From contig OZ253442.1 of NCBI GenBank assembly GCA_965261085.1, forward strand, positions 128,001 through 192,000: a stretch of DNA of 64,000 bases. Reading direction: 5' to 3'. Below are positions 58,996-64,000 of this stretch, in pieces. The position numbers and the translations under genes were made by a program. Positions within the stretch are counted from its first letter, which is position 1. Every line of letters begins with the position of its first letter. Source of the DNA: a bacterium (GTDB lineage: Bacteria > UBA8248). The notes beneath the pieces are model-generated. The model did no database searches and was not told the origin of the DNA. It saw only the letters and a program-made list of their open reading frames with translations.

Positions 58996-60354
58996 ATGCC
59001 TAGAAAAGTTGCCATTATCGGTGCAGGAGTCTCGGGACTGGGGGTCGCCTGGGCGCTGCATCAGCACCCTGATCGATTCGAATTTCGACTGTTCGAAGCG
59101 CAGGCTCAGGTCGGCGGCAACGCCATTACGGCCGACATGCCGCAAGACGACGGCACCTCGATTCCGTTCGATATTTCCGTCACCGCGTGCATTCCCTCGG
59201 TATACCACCATATTCTTCTGCTCATGCGGCGATACGGTATCGAGCTGGTCGATACCAGGTTCAGCTACAGCGTGAAGTATCGCGGCGGCGTCTACGCCCA
59301 CGATTTCGACTCCGACATCAAGAGGCAGTTGCAACCGGAAATCGAGAAATTCCAAAAACTCCTGAGACGCCTAAAATGGTTTGGCCGGCTCAACCGAACG
59401 AGGTCCAGATTGCTCAATGCCCTCAACCCGTTCAACTACGTCAGCATGGGCGCGATTCTCAACTTCGGCAGGTTCTCCGGAGATTTCAGGTACAAGATAC
59501 TGAAGCCCATGTTCGTCAACTTCCTGATGGCCACGAACGTGTTCGACATGCCCGCGTCCCTGTTTTCCCGGTATCTGGAGTTCTTTGATATTGAAACCGC
59601 AACCCCGATGCAGACCTGGGACCGGGGGACGCGGCGCATCTATGAAGAATTGTCGGCCGCCTTTCAGGACAAGATATACCTCGACCGGCCGGTTCGAAAA
59701 GTATACCGGCGTGCATCCGGCGTCGACGTAGAGGATGAAGACGGAAACACGGAGACGTTTGATGACGTGGTTTTCGCGTGCAACGCGAATCAAACGCTGA
59801 TGATCCTGGATAAACCGACGTACCTGGAGAACTGGCTTCTCTCTTCGATCCGTTACGAGAGCGAACTGCACAACCATACGGTCGTTCATTCGGACGCCTC
59901 GGTTCTCCCGGACAACGCCGTCAAGCCGCTCGCCACTCGCAGCAACCACATCGAGCAATACGGTGTGAGACCCGACAACTACGAAATCACCTACATCATG
60001 CACAATCTGCAGCCCTGGGTGAGGCGATCGGACAAGCCATGCCTCGTGACCTACAATCCGATTAGTCGTATCGACGAAGGCAAGATCGTCAAGAAGTGGT
60101 GGTTTCAGCACATCGTGCACGACGTGCCTCACGTGGCCTTTCTCATCCATTTGTTTCGCTTTGTTCAGGGCAGGAGGCGAACGTGGCACTGTGGCGCCCA
60201 CACTCTGATTAACAGCCAGGAGACCTGTTTCGTGTCCGGCCTCGTGACGGCGAGACAGATCGGAGCAGACTATCCCTTTCAGGATTCCGAAGCGAGGAAG
60301 TGGTTCAACTTTTACGGGCGCATGATGTACGGTCGGCGCTTCAGAAAGGCGTGA
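58996..60354 (+). CDS. FAD-dependent oxidoreductase (amine oxidase-like; type often found near lipid-modifying genes)
   Basis: IIGAGVSGL, FEA..QVGG, FDDVVFAC, VHSD and QG.RRTWHCGA. Confidence 0.8.
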   Translation: MPRKVAIIGAGVSGLGVAWALHQHPDRFEFRLFEAQAQVGGNAITADMPQDDGTSIPFDISVTACIPSVYHHILLLMRRYGIELVDTRFSYSVKYRGGVYAHDFDSDIKRQLQPEIEKFQKLLRRLKWFGRLNRTRSRLLNALNPFNYVSMGAILNFGRFSGDFRYKILKPMFVNFLMATNVFDMPASLFSRYLEFFDIETATPMQTWDRGTRRIYEELSAAFQDKIYLDRPVRKVYRRASGVDVEDEDGNTETFDDVVFACNANQTLMILDKPTYLENWLLSSIRYESELHNHTVVHSDASVLPDNAVKPLATRSNHIEQYGVRPDNYEITYIMHNLQPWVRRSDKPCLVTYNPISRIDEGKIVKKWWFQHIVHDVPHVAFLIHLFRFVQGRRRTWHCGAHTLINSQETCFVSGLVTARQIGADYPFQDSEARKWFNFYGRMMYGRRFRKA

Positions 60355-60432
60355 GCCAGGGCTTGATTTGCGCGGTGAGGGCGCACACCCATCTCGTCTG
60401 AGGAGCAGGGCTAAAAATCGCGCGCAAACTCT

Positions 60433-60543
60433 CGCCGGGGGGATTGCGGGCGAACGAAGAAGCAGGAAAACCCGTCCGGAATCGGCTGAAAAATCTATTG
60501 CATAAGAGAACGTATGGATAGTATATTAAAGGAGTTGTAAGGA
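60433..60543 (+). repeat. Dispersed approx. 115-bp repeat, copy 2 (upstream of the MpaB-like gene)
   Basis: Homologous to 52321-52440; contains TTGCAT and a TAGTAT/TATATT -10-like region. Confidence 0.75.
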
Positions 60544-60720
60544 TATGTTAAAGAAAAATGGAACAAACGGGTGCAGAAGTTACCTTCACGAGGGCGTTCT
60601 CTAAGTTCTATCTACGCTGACGAGTATAAGTTCTTGACTTTATTCGATATGAATTCATACTTCTAAAGTCTTGTAGATTCGTGAACTCATGGAGCTAAAC
60701 TTCGGGGAGGGTCTGATAAG

Positions 60721-61885
60721 ATGACGGAAACCCCATCGGCATACGTTGAGGGTTACGAGAAGAAGGTTCTTCCCCACGATAAAGCCCCGGCCGACAACTA
60801 TATCAAGCACACCATGATTGGCGACCCCGTGATGGACGAGATCATGGAGGAACTCTCCTCGTTGCCTCCCAGGAACCTGCATCGGTTCGTCGAGGCCGGC
60901 ATAGAGCAGCAGGATGATACCCTGGCAATTGCGCCAAAAATCCTGCGCGATTTCTTCTACAATTTTGAAGAACCTCCCTGGCTCGATTACGAAGCCTTCC
61001 GTCCGGGGATTCGCTCCTTTAACGTAACCGTAGACCTCATGCTCACCGCATTCGTGACGGGGGTGCTGGTGCAGGGCTTCTCGACGCTTATCGCCAAATC
61101 TTTCTCGATACCGGGCGAGTGGCGATGACCAAAAGACGCCTCCAGCAGAACAACCGCCACATGATGGAGATTTTTTTTCCGGCGGGATGATGAGGAGCGG
61201 CGATGGATGGAAGCTGTCCATGCGGATTCGCTTCATTCATGCCCGAATCAGGCACCTGCTGAATAATTCCGAGGATTGGGACCACGGAGCCTGGGGCGCG
61301 CCGGTAAGCGCGGCGCACCTGGGTTTCGCCATCTCCGTCTTCTCCATGCGCCTGTTGGAATACTCGATGGCAATGGGCGCGCGCTACAACAAGGAAGAAC
61401 AAGAAAGCGTTCTTGCCATTTGGCGCTACTCCGGCTATCTCATGGGGATACCCGAAACCATCCTCTATACCACAGGTGCTGAGGCGCAAAAATTATACGA
61501 GATCGGCTATATGTGCGAACCCCGGGCGGACGCCGACTCGGTAGCCGTGGCGAATACTTTGATCACGGCCATTCCGATAGTCGCGGGCGTAACGGATCCG
61601 GATGAGAAGAAAGAGTTGACGAATCTGGCCTACCGCCTTTCGCGGTCGTTGATAGGAAAAGACCTCGCTGAGCAGTTCGAATTCCCGAAGTTCTCTTTCT
61701 TTGAAAACGCGACGACCCTGTTCAGTTTCCGGATAAAACAACGCATCCAGCGATTTTTGAACAACAAACAGTTCGTCAGATCACAGAATTTCTCCCAGCT
61801 TATCCAAATCTCGGTGTAAGACGAGGGTGGACTGAGCTACAAGATGCCCGACCACGTACACACGGCAGAATCAAGCGACTGGTAA
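60721..61885 (+). pseudogene. MpaB/DUF2236 (rubber oxygenase-like) heme oxygenase, disrupted
   Basis: Frameshifts near 61110 and 61180 and an in-frame TAA at 61817; joined frames give GDPVMD, PPWLD, TGRV..RRL, IRFIHARIR, WGAPVS and WRYSGYLMG. Confidence 0.8.
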
Positions 61886-61955
61886 GCGATGTTCGTGATT
61901 TGGCGCAGCTACAAAAATCAGCCCACAGCCGCACCCGGCCCGTGATCCCAAGGCG

Positions 61956-64000
61956 ATGAATCCCGTGCAATTGGACCGCTATATCGACGCCGTTCTGCGC
62001 CATCGGTGGCTGGTCGTCGCGCTCGCCGTATTGGTTGTGCTCATCACGGGAGCGGGCGGGCGCTTCATCAAGACCACGAACGATTACCGCATCATGTTCG
62101 GAGAAAACAATCCGCAACTCGCCGCTTTCAACGCGCTGGAGAAAACCTTCTCCACATCCGACACGGCGCTCATCGCCATCTCGCCCCGAGGGGGTTCGGT
62201 ATTCAACAAAGATGCGCTCGGCGCGCTCGAGGAGTTGACCAATGCCGCGTGGAAGACGCCGCATTCCAGCCGGGTCGACTCCCTCACGAACTATTCCCAC
62301 AGCCGGGCGGAGGGAGATGACCTGATCGTCGATCCGCTCGTCGATGACGCGAGCGCGCTTACAGACGCCGACGTAGCGAGAGTACGGAAAATCGCGCTCA
62401 GCGCCACAGAAATCGCCGGGCGCCTCGTCTCCCGCGACGGACGAGTGGGAGCTCTGGCCGTCACTTTCGTCCTGCCTGAGAACCTCGACGCCGCGGTGCT
62501 CGAAATAAGCGATTATCTGAACGCCGTTCTCAAGAAGGCCCGCGCGAAACATCCAAACATCGCCTATCATCTGACCGGCGACGTCATCATGAATCGCGCC
62601 TTCGCCGACGTCACGAAGGACGACCTCGAAATCCTTACGCCGATCGTGTTCGTCATCATCGTAGCCACCACCATACTCCTCCTGCGCTCCGTGCTCGGCA
62701 CCTTGTCCATCATCATCGCGTTCGTGTTCATCGTCATGAACACCATGGGGGTCGCAGGCTGGCTCGGCACGGTGTTCAGCCCCGCCAATTCCGGTGTCCC
62801 GATCATTATTATGGCGGTTTCCGTCGCCCATTCGGTCCACATCGTCTCGGCCACGCTGATGGGCATGGGCAATGGTCTGGACAGGAACGCGGCGATCGCG
62901 GAATCGTTTCGAGAGAACGTCTGGCCTGTGTTCCTGACCTCGATCACGACCGTGATCGGATTCTTGAGCCTGAACGCCTCGGATTCGCCGCCTTTTCACG
63001 TCCTGGGCAATTTCGTGGCGTTCGGCGTGGTGTGCGCCTTCGTCTACTCCATGACGCTTCTGCCGGCGCTGCTTTCCATCCTGCCGCTGCGCGCGCCGCG
63101 CCGCCGCGCCGGGCGGCCCGCCTTCTTTGATCGCTTCGGCGCTTTCGTCGTCGAACGCCGCACGCCTCTGCTCTGGTTCATCGCCATTCTGACGGTTGTT
63201 CTCATCACCGGCATTCCCCGCAACGAGTTGACCGACAGATGGGCGCACTATTTCGACGAGCGCTACGAGTTCCGGCGCGATACGGACTTCGTCATCAAAA
63301 ACCTGACCGGCGTGGATTCGCTGGAATACGCGCTGAAAGCGGGACGCGAAGGCGGCATCACCGACCCCGCATACCTGAAAAAAGTCGACGCCTTCGCAGA
63401 ATGGTACAGGAAGCAGCCCCAAGTGAGCCACGTGCGGGCCTTCCCGGACATCATGAAGCGCCTGAACAAGAACATGCACGGCGACGATTCGGCCTTCTAC
63501 CGGATACCGGACGACCCCAAACTCGCCGCGCAATATCTGTTGCTCTATGAATTCTCGCTTCCCTTCGGCAGCGACCTCAACAACCGCATCGACATCTCCA
63601 AATCCACGACGCGCATGACCGTCGTGGTCCGCAGCATATCCTCCCGGGACCACCGCGATCTCGACGAGCGCGCGCAAGCCTGGCTCCGCGCCAATTTACC
63701 CGAATTCGCGGCCGAAGCATCGGGCATCAGCATGATCTTCGCCCACCTTTCCCAACGAAACATCCACAGCATGCTGCGCGGCACGATCATCGCCATGGCC
63801 CTTATTTCGTTCATTTTGATACTGGTTTTCAAAAGCGTGCGACTGGGCCTCATCAGCCTCGTGCCCAACTTCCTTCCCGCCGCTATGAGCTTCGGCCTGT
63901 GGGGTCATCTGGTCGGCCGGGTAGGTATTGCCTCCTCGGTCGTCGTCGCCATCGCCTTCGGAATCATCGTGGACGACACGATTCACTTTCTGAGCAAATA
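61956..64000 (+). CDS. MMPL/RND family transporter, second paralog (runs off the window)
   Basis: ATG 61956 MNPVQLDRYIDAVLRHRW; collinear and highly similar to 49985-52375 through GIIVDDTIHF; missing from the ORF track because there is no stop in the window. Confidence 0.9.
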   Translation, partial: MNPVQLDRYIDAVLRHRWLVVALAVLVVLITGAGGRFIKTTNDYRIMFGENNPQLAAFNALEKTFSTSDTALIAISPRGGSVFNKDALGALEELTNAAWKTPHSSRVDSLTNYSHSRAEGDDLIVDPLVDDASALTDADVARVRKIALSATEIAGRLVSRDGRVGALAVTFVLPENLDAAVLEISDYLNAVLKKARAKHPNIAYHLTGDVIMNRAFADVTKDDLEILTPIVFVIIVATTILLLRSVLGTLSIIIAFVFIVMNTMGVAGWLGTVFSPANSGVPIIIMAVSVAHSVHIVSATLMGMGNGLDRNAAIAESFRENVWPVFLTSITTVIGFLSLNASDSPPFHVLGNFVAFGVVCAFVYSMTLLPALLSILPLRAPRRRAGRPAFFDRFGAFVVERRTPLLWFIAILTVVLITGIPRNELTDRWAHYFDERYEFRRDTDFVIKNLTGVDSLEYALKAGREGGITDPAYLKKVDAFAEWYRKQPQVSHVRAFPDIMKRLNKNMHGDDSAFYRIPDDPKLAAQYLLLYEFSLPFGSDLNNRIDISKSTTRMTVVVRSISSRDHRDLDERAQAWLRANLPEFAAEASGISMIFAHLSQRNIHSMLRGTIIAMALISFILILVFKSVRLGLISLVPNFLPAAMSFGLWGHLVGRVGIASSVVVAIAFGIIVDDTIHFLSK

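Noticed and set aside
61800-63677. 625-aa minus-strand ORF
   Set aside because: Antisense shadow of the real MMPL gene starting at 61956 on the plus strand

Overview
Bacterial (diderm, mostly GC-rich) window with no rRNA, tRNA or CRISPR array that I can see. From left to right: (1) an AT-richer HD-phosphohydrolase plus a partial coupled gene, small oxidoreductases and two sugar epimerases flanking a nested REP/MITE structure; (2) a 14-kb signalling and peptide island (6.5-20.2 kb) with a PLP aromatic amino acid decarboxylase, a secreted tandem-Cache protein, an Rsb-type partner-switching cascade (STAS, RsbW-like, REC-PP2C, REC) fed by a binding protein plus histidine kinase, an NCS2 permease fused to a degenerate RsbW-like domain, and an NHLP-leader RiPP precursor followed by a putative prenyltransferase-like maturase; (3) a small defence/TA patch (AAA ATPase, DUF488, HigBA and HEPN-MNT, both with broken toxins); (4) a catabolic region (acyl-CoA dehydrogenases, IclR, LLM monooxygenase, SDRs, CoA ligase, TPP enzyme, amidohydrolase, Liv-type ABC transporter); (5) a lipid/sterol-type transport and oxidation locus (two MMPL paralogs, LolA-like protein, OM barrels, GPP34-like/P450 fusion, Rieske oxygenase, FAD oxidoreductase, broken MpaB-like oxygenase). 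The best candidates for an undescribed system are the RiPP plus pseudo-kinase permease plus partner-switching island, and the MMPL/P450/Rieske locus. All family calls come from motif recognition by eye; no database searches were run.
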